64,000 nt of DNA from Nemertoderma westbladi (Eukaryota > Animalia > Xenacoelomorpha), in assembly GCA_032718475.1 (NCBI GenBank), contig JAUCBJ010000633.1, positions 59,983 to 123,982 on the forward strand, written 5' to 3'. This document shows positions 12,431 through 26,450 of this stretch, in pieces. The notes under the pieces were generated by a model. It made no database searches, was not told the DNA's origin, and saw nothing but the letters and a program-made list of their open reading frames with translations. Numbering within the stretch: the stretch's first letter is position 1; every line of letters begins with the position of its first letter. Made by a program: the position numbers and the translations under genes.

Positions 12431-15400
12431 CATTGTATTTGGAAGTTAGTATAAGGCAATCCGTTTTTCTCCTTACTTATACCCCATTCAACCAAAGTCA
12501 TCGACAATGTCCTCCTCGATTAACATAGGTCTCCATTAATTTAATTAACTAAAAGTAATACTTTACTTTTAATTCGTCGACAAAATATTTACAAGTATTT
12601 ATTTAAAATAATTACGGCTGGGGCAATTGTCCAGGGCTAATGTCCTAGTCCTTAGGGACCTTGCGACCTTGATCCAAACAGTTAGTTTAGTAAGGCTTGG
12701 CTCCCCTGTTTTATTCCTGTCTCGTGGACAGCGTAAGGACGGGCACTAGTTATTTCAGGAATAGCAGAATATTTTGAGATAAAGTATCTTAAATACTTCG
12801 CTTGCGGCAACACGAGCGGCAGCGGCACCATATTCACCGATTTAAATTGATTGTTTCCTGTTTTGTGGCTATTTCGGACTACCATAGTACAAGTACAGTA
12901 GTACGGCAGTGTCTAGGCTACCGTATGAGCATAATTATTCCTATGATTTATTTTAGTTATACTCTTGTAGTAAGCCTACCGCTGTCCCGCTACTGACAGA
13001 CTGTTAACTGTCCTATACTCAGACTGTGTTGCACAGCAGCAGCAGCAGCAGCCATCAATGTACATGCGGCTGCAGGGTGTAGTTGAGGTGGTCTGCTGTA
13101 TATGGTCAATGATGGTTATTACAACAACAGACTCACACAATTTTCTAATTTAAGCAATACAACAATAAGGTATGCGCACAGCCGCACAGGTGCCAGGGCC
13201 ACCTTGCGGGATATTTCGCTTATTATTTTGGTTAGGGTTAGTTGGTTAGGGATATACTAACTAAGCCATAAGCCATAATCTAATCTAAGAAATTTTCGCG
13301 TAATTTTAGCAGCCTGGCAGCCCCGAACATAGAATGGTAATAATTGTCAAGTGTTTAGATCGCCATTACTTTCCGGTTTCATACAAACAGACAAAGGCCC
13401 TATAAAATACCGTATCCCCAAACAATAACGTCCGACGGTCCGAGAGGTGCAAATTAAATACTGCAGATGGATGGGCGCCTCCAAGCTACCGCGGCATTAC
13501 AGAGTACTGGTACCACAGTACAGCAGTATAGAATAGACTGCACTGCTGCAGCTCAGGACTGTTACTGATTACCATTACCGTACTGTGTAGGCCTAGTTTT
13601 ATATCAGTTCAGCAGTTCCAATATAAATGATAAATTCTAAAATTAATTCAACCAGCAGACCGGTAATACTGTACCGGTATGTAATATGGAATAATCAATA
13701 TTCTTCTAGAAAATTGGCACTGTAGGCTACTTCATGTACCCTGGTACCCGGCTGCCCGGTATGCAGCCAGGTTGGAATTCATGCTGCAAAACTCGGACGC
13801 GTACCTGCGCGAATGACCGCAAACCAGATGCGCGTTGCGCGTTTGGGTGAGACAGGTGCGCGTTCGGGTGTGAAACAGGTGCGCGTTGCGCCTCAGCGCG
13901 CAGCTCTGCCTCTGATGCGCACCACAAATTAATTGAAATCACGAAAATACACAAAAAAATTTCGCTCGCTGCGCTCGCATTAGTTTCTCATTTCCAATTC
14001 TTCAAACAGTCAAATCACTTCACCATAATACTGTAATACCGGCAACCGGAGCTGAATTTGTCTATTTATTTTAACTACAGTACTCTATTGTTGTATTGTT
14101 ATTAGGTCTATGCTATGCCGATGTTACGTTAGTAAACAGGTAAAGTCAGAAAGTAACAATGTATTACTAGTGACGGGCCTAGCGGCCCGATAAGGAACCG
14201 ACTTTTTATTTTAAATAAAAGAGACAACGAGAATTAGTATAGAACTAATAATTATGTAAAAATACAATCATATTTCATACAATAATTATTAATAAATTCG
14301 ATCTATTATTAGTTGCTCAATTCTAGAACAAAATCGACCTGCAACTAGTGAAGACCTCGTTTTGGAATTTCGAAACCACGCTGGTGCGATGCGCGATATC
14401 CTGTTTAGTTAATAAATTGATAACTCCATCAATTCATGTGCAACCAGTAATAAGAAATCGCGATAAATGTAATTCAATAAAAATTATTCTAGAAAAATTT
14501 TCCTCAAAAAGTATGAAGTCTTGGCATTGGTGACGCGAAACTAGGCTAGTGAGATTCAGGATATTGCGTTTAATATAAAAATCGAAAGCGCTATCGAATT
14601 CCGTAAAGGCGTTAATAAAATACTGCAACTTTTTTGAAATTTGTAAAATTCTAGAACTAGAAAAAATTAATTTTTGAACGGCGCTGTTTGGGGTTTCGAA
14701 ACATGGATAGGCTGAAAGAGGACATCGAATTAAGTTGAAAAATGAAAACCCCATCGAATTTGGACAAAGCGTTCCGGAGTTATAGCGGATCGAAAAAAAT
14801 TGACCCCCCCCAGTCGCCAAAAATTTACAGTAATTTAAAATTTTGCAAAAAAAATTTTTTGCGTTATTTTTGATGGCGAATCGATTGGCAGTACTGGCTA
14901 CGAAAAATTTTTTTTTGAAATTTTTGGTCAGAAAAAAAAACATGGAAAAAGTATATTTTTAAAAAGATTTGATGTCTTTGCCTATGGTCAGAGAATGATC
15001 CAACTCTGTAACTTGGCAATCGCTCAAATCCATTCAGCTGAATGGCACAGTAGAGTAAACTAAAGTAAACTCCCTATACAATGTTCTGAAGGGATGACTG
15101 ACAGAGAGTAATCCAACAATAAAACATTTTGCAATAATGTTGGCATTAATGTAGCCAACTCACTGTGTACGTAACAGTCATTCAGCTTACATTAGCAGAG
15201 TGAGATATTCCCATAGATGGCATTGGGAAGAGTAATTCAGCTGAGGCGATATTAGATTTCAAACTAAACCAACCAGTTAATAATGTTTGCTTTGACAGAG
15301 AGTGGTGGCCTATACAAACAGTATGGGTGTACTGAGTATAATAATCTTGGCAACCTCATCGATTTATTACTAAGCCTTCTGTAGAAATGCATTACATAAG

Positions 15401-17167
15401 CCATTTTTCATCACGACACCAGCTGTTATTGGTGTTATTTTACCATTGCGCCTATGGCGTTTTTTCGTTTATGTCTATTTTTCGAGCCCACGGCTCATGG
15501 ACAAAATAGCGGAACATACCAGGCACCTTAGAATCGCGGTATCTAGCCGCTGTGAAAATTTCATCAAAATCGTTAGAGTAGTTTTGGCTGTAGATCAGTC
15601 AGTCAGTCAGTCAGCCAGCCAGCCAGCCAGTCTCGAGCAATTCTTACAGTAATGAACCTCTCGGTTCCTAACTAGTGACGGGCCTAGCGGCCCGATAAGG
15701 AACCGCCTTTTTATTTTAAATAAAAGAGACAACGAGAATTAGAATAGAACTAATAATTATGTAAAAATACAATCATATTTCATACAATAATTATTAATAA
15801 ATTCGATCTATTATTAGTTGCTCAATTCTAGAACAAAATCGACCTGCAACTAGTGAAGACCTCGTTTTGGAATTTCGGAACCACGCTGGTGCGATGCGCG
15901 ATATCGTGTTTAGTTAATAAAGTGAAAACTCCATCAATTCATGTGCAACCAGTAATAAGAAATCGCGATAAATGTAATTTGAATAAAAATTATTCTAGAA
16001 AAATTTTCCTCAAAAAGTATGAAGTCTTGGCATTGGTGACGCGAAACTAGGCTAGTGAGATTCAGGATATTGCGTTTAATATAAAAATCGAAAACGCTAT
16101 CGAATTCCGTAAAGGCGTTAATAAAATACTGCAACTTTTTTGAAATTTGTAAAATTCTAGAACTAGAAAAAATTTATTTTTGAACGGCGCTGTTTGGGGT
16201 TTCGAAACATGGATAGGCTGAAAGAGGACATCGAATTAAGTTGAAAAATGAAAACCCCATCGAATTTGGACAAAGCGTTCCGGAGTTATAGCGGATCGAA
16301 AAAAATTGACCCCCCCCAGTCGCCAAAAATTTACAGTAATTTAAAATTTTGCAAAAAAAATTTTTTGCGTTATTTTTGATGGCGAATCGATTGGCAGTAC
16401 TGGCTAAGAAAAAAATTTTTTTGAAATTTTTGGTCAGAAAAAAAACATGGAAAAAGTATATTTTTAAAAAGATTTGATGTCTTTGCCTATGGTCAGAGAA
16501 TGATCCAACTCTGTAACTTGGCAATCGCTCAAATCCATTCAGCTGAATGGCACAGTAGAGTAAACTAAAGTAAATTCCCTATACAATGTTCTGAAGGGGA
16601 GACTGACAGAGAGTAATCCAACAATAAAACATTTTGCAATAATGTTGGCATTAATGTAGCCAACTCACTGTGTACGTAAGAGTCATTCAGCTTACATTAG
16701 CAGAGTGAGATATTCGCATAGATTTGCATTGGGAAGAGTAATTCAGCTGAGGCGATATTAGATTTCAAACTAAACCAACTCGTTAATGTTTGCTTTGACA
16801 GAGAGTGGTGGCCTATACAAACAGTATGGGTGTACTGAGTATAATAATCTTGGCAACCTCATCGATTTATTACTAAGCCTTCTGTAGTAATGCATTACAT
16901 AAGCCATTTTTCAGCACGACACCAGCTGTTATTGGTGTTATTTTACCATTGCGCCTATGGCGTTTTTTCGTTTATGTCTATTTTTCGAGCCCACGGCTCA
17001 TGGACGAAATAGCGGAACATACCAGGGACCTTATAATCGCGGTATCTAGATGCTGTGAAAATTTCATCAAAATCGTTAGAGTAGTTTTGGCTGTAGATCA
17101 GTCAGTCAGCCAGCCAGTCAATCAATCAGCCAACAATTCTTACAGTAATGAACCTCTCGGTTCCTAA

Positions 17168-17501
17168 CTAGAGACGGCGTCAAGACGCCGTTAAGCAAGT
17201 CGGAAGTCATCAATCAAATGTAAATTCCATCAACAAGCTGTCATTGGTGTTATTTTACCATTGCGCCTATGGCGTTTTTTCGTTTATGTCTATTTTTCGA
17301 GCCCACGGCTCATGGACGAAATAGCGGAACATACCAGGGACCTTAGAATCGCGGTATCTAGCCGCTGTGAAAATTTCATCAAAATCGTTAGAGTAGTTTT
17401 GGCTGTAGATCAGCCAGCCAGCCAGCCAGCCAGTCAGCCAGCCAGCCAGCCAGTCAATCAGCCAACAATTCTTACAGTAATCAAGTCCTACGACTTGCTA
17501 A
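17168..17501 (-). mobile_element. Miniature type-B HINE unit (334 bp); second copy at 48446-48763
   Basis: Both B termini plus the core and microsatellite, essentially without a body. Confidence 0.85.
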
Positions 17502-19969
17502 CTAGTGACGGGCCTAGCGGCCCGATAAGGAACTGACTTTTTATTTCAAATAAAAGAGACAACGAGAATTATTATAGAACTAATAATTATGTAAAAATAC
17601 AATCATATTTCATACAATAATTATTAATAAATTCGATCTATTATTAGTTACTCAATTCTAGAACAAAATCGACCTGCAACTAGTGAAGACCTCGTTTTGG
17701 AATTTCGAAACCACGCTGGTGCGATGCGCGATATCGTGTTTAGTTAATAAATTGAAAACTCCATCAATTCATGTGCAACCAGTAATAAGAAATCGCGATA
17801 AATGTAATTTAATAAAAATTATTCTAGAAAAATTTTCCTCAAAAAGTATGAAGTCTTGGCGTTGGTGACGCGAAACTAGGCTAGTGAGATTCAGGATATT
17901 GCGTTTAATATAAAAATCGAAAACGCTATCGAATTCCGTAAAGGCGTTAATAAAATACTGAAACTTTTTTGAAATTTGTAAAATTCTAGAACTGGAAAAA
18001 ATTATTTTTTGAACGGCGCTGTTTGGGGTTTGGAAACATGGATAGGCTGAAAGAGGACATCTAATTAAGTTGAAAAATGAAAACCCCATCGAATTTGGAC
18101 AAAGCGTTCCGGAGTTATAGCGGATCGAAAAAAATTGACCCCCCCCCAGTCGCCAAAAATTTACAGTAATTTAAAATTTTGCAAAAAAAATTTTTTGCGT
18201 TATTTTTGATGGCGAATCGATTGGCAGTACTGGCTACGAAAAATTTTTTTTTGAAATTTTTGGTCAGAAAAAAAACATGGAAAAAGTATATTTTTAAAAA
18301 GATTTGATGTCTTTGCCTATGGTCAGAGAATGATCCAACTCTGTAACTTGGCAATCGCTCAAATCCATTCAGCTGAATGGCACAGTAGAGTAAACTAAAG
18401 TAAATTCCCTATACAATGTTCTGAAGGGGTGACTGACAGAGAGTAATCCAACAATAAAACATTTTGCAATAATGTTGGCATTAATGTAGCCAACTCACTG
18501 TGTACGTAACAGTCATTCAGCTTACATTAGCAGAGTGAGATATTACCATAGATTGCATTGGGAAGAGTAATTCAGCTGAGGCGATATTAGATTTCAAACT
18601 AAACCAACCAGTTCATAATGTTTGCTTTGACAGAGAGTGGTGGCCTATACAAACAGTATGGGTGTACTGAGTATAATAATCTTGGCAACCTCATCGATTT
18701 ATTACTAAGCCTTCTGTAGAAATGCATTACATAAGCCATTTTTCATCACGACACCAGCTGTCATGGGTGTTATTTTACCATTGCGCCTATGGCGTTTTTT
18801 CGTTTATGTCTATTTTTCGAGCCCACGGCTCATGGACGAAATAGCGGAACATACCAGGGACCTTAGAATCGCGGTATCTAGCCGCTGTGAAAATTTCATC
18901 AAAATCGTTAGAGTAGTTTTGGCTGTAGATTAGTCAGTCAGTCAGTCAGCCAGCCAGCCAGCCAGCCAGTCTCGAGCAATTCTTACAGTAATGAACCTCT
19001 CGGTTCCTAACTAGTGACGGGCCTAGCGGCCCGATAAGGAACCGACTTTTTATTTCAAATAAAAGAGACAACGAGAATTATTATAGAACTAATAATTATG
19101 TAAAAATACAATCATATTTCATACAATAATTATTAATAAATTCGATCTATTATTAGTTACTCAATTCTAGAACAAAATTGACCTGCAACTAGTGAAGACC
19201 TCGTTTTGGAATTTCGAAACCACGCTGGTGCGATGCGCGATATCGTGTTTAGTTAATAAATTGAAAACTCCATCAATTCATGTGCAACCAGTAATAAGAA
19301 ATCGCGATAAATGTAATTAAATAAAAATTATTCTAGAAAAATTTTCCTCAAAAAGTATGAAGTCTTGGCGTTGGTGACGCGAAACTAGGCTAGTGAGATT
19401 CAGGATATTGCGTTTAATATAAAAATCGAAAACGCTATCGAATTCCGTAAAGGCGTTAATAAAATACTGCAACTTTTTTGAAATTTGTAAAATTCTAGAA
19501 CTGGAAAAAATTATTTTTTGAACGGCGCTGTTTGGGGTTTGGAAACATGGATAGGCTGAAAGAGGACATCGAATTAAGTTGAAAAATGAAAACCCCATCG
19601 AATTTGGACAAAGCGTTCCGGAGTTATAGCGGATCGAAAAAAATTGACCCCCCCCCCAGTCGCCAAAAATTTACAGTAATTTAAAATTTTGCAAAAAAAA
19701 TTTTTTGCGTTATTTTTGATGGCGAATCGATTGGCAGTACTGGCTACGAAAAATTTTTTTTTGAAATTTTTGGTCAGAAAAAAAAACATGGAAAAAGTAT
19801 ATTTTTAAAAAGATTTGATGTCTTTGCCTATGGTCATAGAATGATCCAACTCTGTAACTTGGCAATCGCTCAAATCCATTCAGCTAGAGACAACGAGCTC
19901 GGCTCGGTCTTGCACGATTGGGCACGATTAAGTTCGACTTGGCTTGATTGGCTCGGTTTGGCTCGATCA

Positions 19970-21362
19970 GGCTCGGCTCAGCTCAGCTCGGCTCGGCTCG
20001 GCTCGGCTCGGCTCGGCTCGGCTCGGCTCGGCTCGGCTCGGCTCGGCTCGGCTCGGCTCGGCTCGGCTCGGCTCGGCACGGCTCGGCTCGGTTCGGCTCG
20101 GCTCGGCTCGATTAGGCTCAGCTCGGCTCGGCTCGGCTCGGCTCGGCTCGGCTCGGCTCGGCTCGGCTCGGCTCGGCTCGGCTCGGCTCGGCTCGGCTCG
20201 GCTCGGCTCGGCTCGGCTCGGCTCGGCTCGGCTCGGCTCGGCTCGGCTCGGCTCGGCTTGGCTCGGCCTGGCTCGGCTTGGCTCGTCCTGGCTGGGCTCG
20301 GCTCGGCTCGGCTCGGCTCGGCTCGGCTCGGCTCGGCTCGGCTCGGCTCGGCTCGGCTCGGCTCGGCTCGGCTCGGCTCGGCTCGGCTCTGCTCAGCTCG
20401 GCTCGGTTCGGCTCAGCTCGGCTCGGTTCGGCTTAGCTCAGCTCGGCTTGGCTCGGCTCGGTTCGGCTCGGCTTGGCCCGGCCCGGCTCGGCTCGGCACG
20501 GCTCGGCTCGGCTCGGTTCGGCTCAGCTCGGCTCGGTTCGGCTTAGCTCAGCTCGGCTCGGCTCGGCTCGGCTCGGCTCGGCTCGGCTCGGCTCGGCTCG
20601 GCTCGGCTCGGCTCGGCTCGGCTCGGCTCGGCTCGGCTCGGCTCGGCTCGGCTCGGCTCGGCTCGGCTCGGCTCGGCTCGGCTCGGCTTGGCTCGGCTTG
20701 GCCCGGCCCGGCTCGGCTCGGCTCGGCTCGGCTCGGCTCGGCTCGGCTCGGCTCGGCTCGGCTCGGCTCGGCTCGGCTCGGCTCGGCTCGGCTCGGCTCG
20801 GCACGGCTCGGCTCGGCTCGGCTCGGCTCGGCTCGGCTCGGCTCGGCTCGGCTCGGCTCGGCACGGCTCGGCTCGGCACGGCTCGGCTCGGCTCGGCTCG
20901 GCTCGGCTCGGCACGGCTCGGCACGGCTCGGCTCGGCTCGGCTCGGCTCGGTTCGGCTTAGCTCAGCTCGGCTCGGCTCGGCTCGGCTCGGCTCGGCTCG
21001 GCTCGGCTCGGCTCGGCTCGGCTCGGCTCGGCTCGGCTCGGCTCGGCTCGGCTCGGCTCGGCTCGGCTCTGCTCGGTTCGGCTCAGCTCGACTCGGTTCG
21101 GCTCAGCTCAGCTCGGCTCGGCTTGGCTCGGCTCGGCTTGGCTCGGCTCGGCACGGCTCGGCTCGGCTCGGCTCGGCGCGGCTCGGCTCGGCTCGGCTCG
21201 GCTCGGCTCGGCTCGGCTCGGCTCGGCACGGCTCGGCACGGCTCGGCTCGGCTCGGCTCGGCTCGGCTCGGCTCGGCTCGGCTCGGCTCGGCTCGGCTCG
21301 GCACGGCTCGGCTCGGCACGGCTCGGCTCGGCTCGGCTCGGCTTGGCTCGGCTTGGCTCGGT
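19970..21362. repeat. (GCTCG)n pentanucleotide tract in a HINE unit
   Basis: Direct observation of a near-pure GCTCG run. Confidence 0.97.
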
Positions 21363-22464
21363 CTGAATCGACTCCCTGTGCTGCTCGAAGGGCGCAAATA
21401 CATATATCGAAGGGTCAAAGCAAAACTCATGTGCTGCTCGAAGGGACAAAGTCAAACAATGTGTCTATTATTTGATGTAATTCACGTGCTGCTCGAAGGG
21501 CGCAAATACATATATCGAAGGGTCAAAGCAAAAGTCACGTGCTGCTCGAAGGGACAAAGTCAAACATTGTGTCTATTATTTGATCATCTCACGTGCTGCT
21601 AGAAGGGCGCAACTACATATATCGAAACAAGCCCCTGTCTTGTATTTTAATTATATCAGAAATCGTTGCCTTCAGTACAAATATCTAAAAATTCATTCAC
21701 CTGAAGTATGGGTAACATTATAAATTCGTTTTTCGCACAGTAGAGTTAACTAAGCAAATACCCTCCAGGTTGACTGAATGATTTTATTAATGTTTGCCAT
21801 GCATAATGTACTATATTTGGGTCCCATGACCCACCCCATTGAACCGCTTTGCTTACATCTGATAGAGAGTAATCCCAAATTAACTTCCCTCTACGAAAAT
21901 TATTTTAATTAAATACATACAACATAGCAGTCAACTCTGCAATCAACAGTACACAATAACTAAAATGGCATTCAGCTTACCAGCTATTCGCATTAAGCTA
22001 ATAGATATACGATTTCATTCGATTCAGTGAGTGTGTGAGGGCTATTGGGAGAGCAATCAGCTTATGATGTAATACCGGTACATTAGAATCCCACGGCTTT
22101 TGTTTGCTTACTGTCTGAGTTGTAAAGTGAGGATAATACTTGGCACAGAAAGCATTTCCTCGTTAGGTGGCCATTCCTATAGAATAGCATTACTAGGCCA
22201 TCTCTATCCATTTTTCATGAGTGCCAGCTGGTGTTTTTATCATTGCGCCTATGGCGTTTTTTCGTTTATGTCTATTTTTCGAGCCCATGGCTCATGGACG
22301 AAATAGCGGAACATACAAGGGACCTTAGAATCGCCGTATCTAGCCGCCGTGAAAATTTCATCAAAATCGTTAGAGTAGTTTTGGCTGTAGATCAGTCAGT
22401 CAGTCAGTCAGTCAGCCAGCCAGTCTCGAGCAATTCTTACAGTAATGAACCTCTCGGTTCCTAA

Positions 22465-23703
22465 CTAGAGACGGCGTCAAGACGCCGTTAAGCAAGTCGG
22501 AAGTCGTCAATCAAAGGTAAGTTCCCTCAACAATGTATATCTATGTTCAGAAGGGAAGTGTTATTTACCTATGGTCAGAGAGAGATCCCACTCTGTAATT
22601 TGGCAATTGCTCAAATCCATACAGCTGAATGACTCAGTAGAGTAAACAAAAGTAAATTCCCTCAGCCTCAACAGCGTTTGCCTATGGTGTGAAGGGAATC
22701 TGACAGAGCATAATCTTAGCCACTAAATGTCATTCACCTAACAAAACATTTTGAATGCCACAGTGATTAACCAAATACAGATAATAAGCAGTTATTTTTA
22801 TATTTCAAACTATAATGTTAGTGTTAGCCTTACAGTGTATCAGTATGAAGCTGAGTAAACATTCGCCTTATAAGCATACAACATCGAACATCCAAAGTAT
22901 TAATGTTGGACGAAAGATTTAAAAATAAAATACAGTGCAGTAGTACTCTGTAACTAACAGTCATTCAGCTTGCACTAAATGTCAATCACCTATAAAACAT
23001 TTTGAATGCCACAGTGAATATTAACCCAATACAGATAATAAGAAGTGATTTTTATATTTCAAACTATAATGTTAGTCTTAGCCTTACAGAGTATCAGTAT
23101 AAGGCTGAGTAAACATTCCACCTTATAAGCATACAGCCTCCACAGTATTAATGTTGGCATTAATGTAGCCGATACACTGTATACCTAATAGTCATTCAGC
23201 AGGGGGAAGAGTTATTCAGCTGAGGCGGTAATAGATTGCAAACTAAACCAACCAGTTGGCAGCCTCATCGATTTATACTAAGCCTGTGTAGAACCACAAA
23301 CTAAATCAACCAGTTAATATTTGCTTTGACAGAGAGTGAGGGCCTAAACAAACAGTATGGGTGTACTGAGTACAATAATCTTGGCAACCTCATCGATTTA
23401 TACTAAGCCTTGTGTAGAAATCCATTACATAAGCCATTTTTCAGCAGGACACCAGCTGTCATTGGTGTTATTTCACCATTGCGCCTATGGCGTTTTTTCG
23501 TTTATGTCTATTTTTCGAGCCCAGAGGCTATGGACGGAGTAGCCGATCATGCCAGGGACCTTAGAATCGCGGTATCTAGATGCTGTGAAAATTTCATCAA
23601 AATCGTTAGAGCAGTTTTGGCTGTAGATCAGCCAGTCAGTCAGCCAGTCAGTCAGCCAGTCAGCTAACAATTCTTACAGTAATCAAGTCTAACGACTTGC
23701 TAA
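22465..23703 (-). mobile_element. Long type-B HINE unit with ~245-bp internal tandem repeats (also 38979-40482 and 43500-45006)
   Basis: B termini at both ends. Internal repeat begins cactaaatgtca...aaaacattttgaatgccacagtg (2-3 copies, e.g. ~39235, ~39481, ~39738). Confidence 0.85.
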
Positions 23704-24227
23704 CTAGTGACGGGCCTAGCGGCCCGATAAGGAACCGACTTTTTATTTTAAATAAAAGAGACAACGAGAATAAATATAGAACTAATCATTATGTAAAAAT
23801 ACAATCATATTTCATACAATAATTATTAATAAATTCAATCAATTATTAGTTGCTCAATTCTAGAACAAAAACGACATGCAACTAGTGAAGACCTCGTTTT
23901 GGAATTTCGAAACCACGCTGGTGTGATGCGCGATATCGTGTTTAGTTAATAAATTGAAAACTCCATCAATTCATGTGCAACCAGTAATAAGAAATCGCGA
24001 TAAATGTAATTAAATAAAAATTATTCTAGAAAAATTTTCCTCAAAAAGTATGAAGTATTGGCATTGGTGACGCGAAACTAGGCTAGTGAGATTCAGGATA
24101 TTGCGTTTAATATAAAAATCGAAGACGCTATCAAATTCCGTAAAGGCATTAATAAAATACTGCAACTTTTTTGAAATTTGTAAAATTCTAGAACTAGAAA
24201 AAAATAATTTTTGAACTAATTTTTGAA

Positions 24228-24620
24228 CGGCTCGGCTCGGCTCGGCTCGGCTCGGCTCGGCTCGGCTCGGCTCGGCTCGGCTCGGCACGGCTCGGCACGG
24301 CTCGGCTCGGCTCGGCTCGGCTCGGCTCGGCTCGGCTCGGCTCGGCTCGGCTCGGCTCGGCTCGGCTCGGCTCGGCTCGGCTCGGCTCGGCTCGGCTCGG
24401 CTCGGCTCGGCTCGGCTCGGCTCGGCTCGGCTCGGCTCGGCTCGGCTCGGCTCGGCTCGGCTCGGCTCGGCTCGGCTCGGCTCGGCTCGGCTCGGCTCGG
24501 CTCGGCTCGGCTCGGCTCGGCTCGGCTCGGCTCTGCTCGGCTCGGCTCGGCTCGGCTCGGCTCGGCTCGGCTCGGCTCGGCTCGGCTTGGCTCGGCTTGG
24601 CTTGGCTCGGCTTGGCTCGG
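24228..24620. repeat. (GCTCG)n tract
   Basis: Direct observation. Confidence 0.97.
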
Positions 24621-25714
24621 TCTGAGTCGACTCCCCGTGCTGCTCAAAGGGCGCAAATACATATATCGAAGGGTCAAAGCAAAACTCACGTGCTGCTCGA
24701 AGGGACAAAGTCAAACATTGTGTCTATTATTTGATTATCTCACGTGCTGCTAGAAGGGCGCAACTACATATATCGAAACAAGCCCCTGTCTTGTATTTTA
24801 ATTATATCAGAAATCGTTGCCTTCAGTACAAATATCTAAAAATTCATTCACCTGAAGTATGGGTAACATTATAAATTCGCTTTTCACATAGTAGTTAACT
24901 AAACAAATACCCTTCAGGTTGACTGAATGATTTTATAAATGTTTGCCATGCACAATGTACTATATTTGGGTCCCATGACCCACCCCATTGAACAGCTTCG
25001 CTTACATCTGATAGAGAGTAATCCCAAAATTAACTTCCCTCTACGAAAATTATTTTAATTAAATACATACAACATAACAGTCAACTCTGCAATCAACAGT
25101 ACACAATAACTAAAATGGCATTCAGCTTACCAGCCATTCGCATTAAGCTAATAGATATTCGATTTCATTCGATTCAGTGAGTGTGTGAGGGCTATTGGGA
25201 GAGCAATCAGCTTATGATGTAATACATTAGAATACCACGGCTTTTGTTTGCTTACTGTCTGAGTTGTAGAGTGAGGAGAAAACTTGGCAGAGAAAGCATT
25301 TCCTTGTTAGGTGGCCATTCCTATTGTAATATCATTACTAGGCTATCTCTATTCATTTTTCATGAGTGCCAGCTGGTGTTTTTATCATTGCGCCTATGGC
25401 GTTTTTTCGTTTATGTCCATTTTTCGAGCCCACGGCTCATGGACGAAATAGCGGAACATACCAGGGACCTTAGAATCACGGTATCTAGCCGCTGTGAAAA
25501 TTTCATCAAAATCGTTAGAGTAGTTTTGGCTGTAGATCAGTCAGCCAGCCAGTCAGTCACGAGCAATTCTTACAGTAATGAACCTCTCGGTTCCTAACTA
25601 GTGACGGGCCTAGCGGCCCGATAAGGAACCGACTTTTTATTTCAAATAAATGAGACAACGAGCTCGGCTCGGTCTTGCACGATTGGGCACGATTAAGTTC
25701 GACTTGGCTTGATC

Positions 25715-26450
25715 GGCTCGGCTCGGCTCGGTTCGGCTCGGCTCGGCTCGGCTCGGCTCGGCTCGGCTCGGCTCGGCTCGGCTCGGCTCGGTTCGGCTCG
25801 GCTCGGCTCGGCTCGGCTCGGTTCGGCTCGGCTCGGTTCGGCTCGGCTCGGCTCGGCTCGGCTTGGCTCGACTCGGCTCGGCTCGGCTCGGCTCGGCTCG
25901 GCTCGGCTCGGCTCGGCTCGGCTCGGCTCGGCTCGGCTCGGCTCGGCTCGGCTCGGCTCGGCTCGGCTCGGCTCGGCTCGGCTCGGCTCGGCTCGGCTCG
26001 GATCGGCTCGGCTCGGCTCGGCTCGGCTCGGCTCGGCTCGGCTCGGCTCGGCTCGGCTCGGCTCGGCTCGGCTCGGCTCGGCTCGGCTCGGCTCGGCTCG
26101 GCTCGGCTCGGCTCGGCTCGGCTCGGCTCGGCTCGGCTCGGCTCGGCTCGGCTCGGCTCGGCTCGGCTCGGCTCGGCTCGGCTCGGCTCGGCTCGGCTCG
26201 GCTCGGCTCGGCTCGGCTCGGCTCGGTTCGGTTCGGCTCGGCTCGGCTCGGCTCGGCTCGGCTCGGCTCGGCTCGGCTCGGCTCGGTTTGGCTCGGTTTT
26301 TGCTCGGCTCGGCTCGGCTCGGCTCGGCTCGGCTCGGCTCGGCTCGGCTCGGCTCGGCTCGGCTCGGCTCGGCTCGGCTCGGCTCGGCTCGGCTCGGCTC
26401 GGCTCGGCTCGGCTCGGCTCGGCTCGGCTCGGCTCGGCTCGGCTCGGCTC
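25715..26450. repeat. (GCTCG)n tract making up almost the entire unit 25598-26478
   Basis: Direct observation. Confidence 0.97.

Noticed and set aside
12682-12885. ORF as the next exon after 53266-53396
   Set aside because: The phase is compatible at a CAG, but there is no polypyrimidine tract and no recognisable homology.
13780-13985. GC-rich gcgcgtt repeat patch as a promoter or MITE
   Set aside because: No clear TIR, TSD or linked exon could be established from the sequence.
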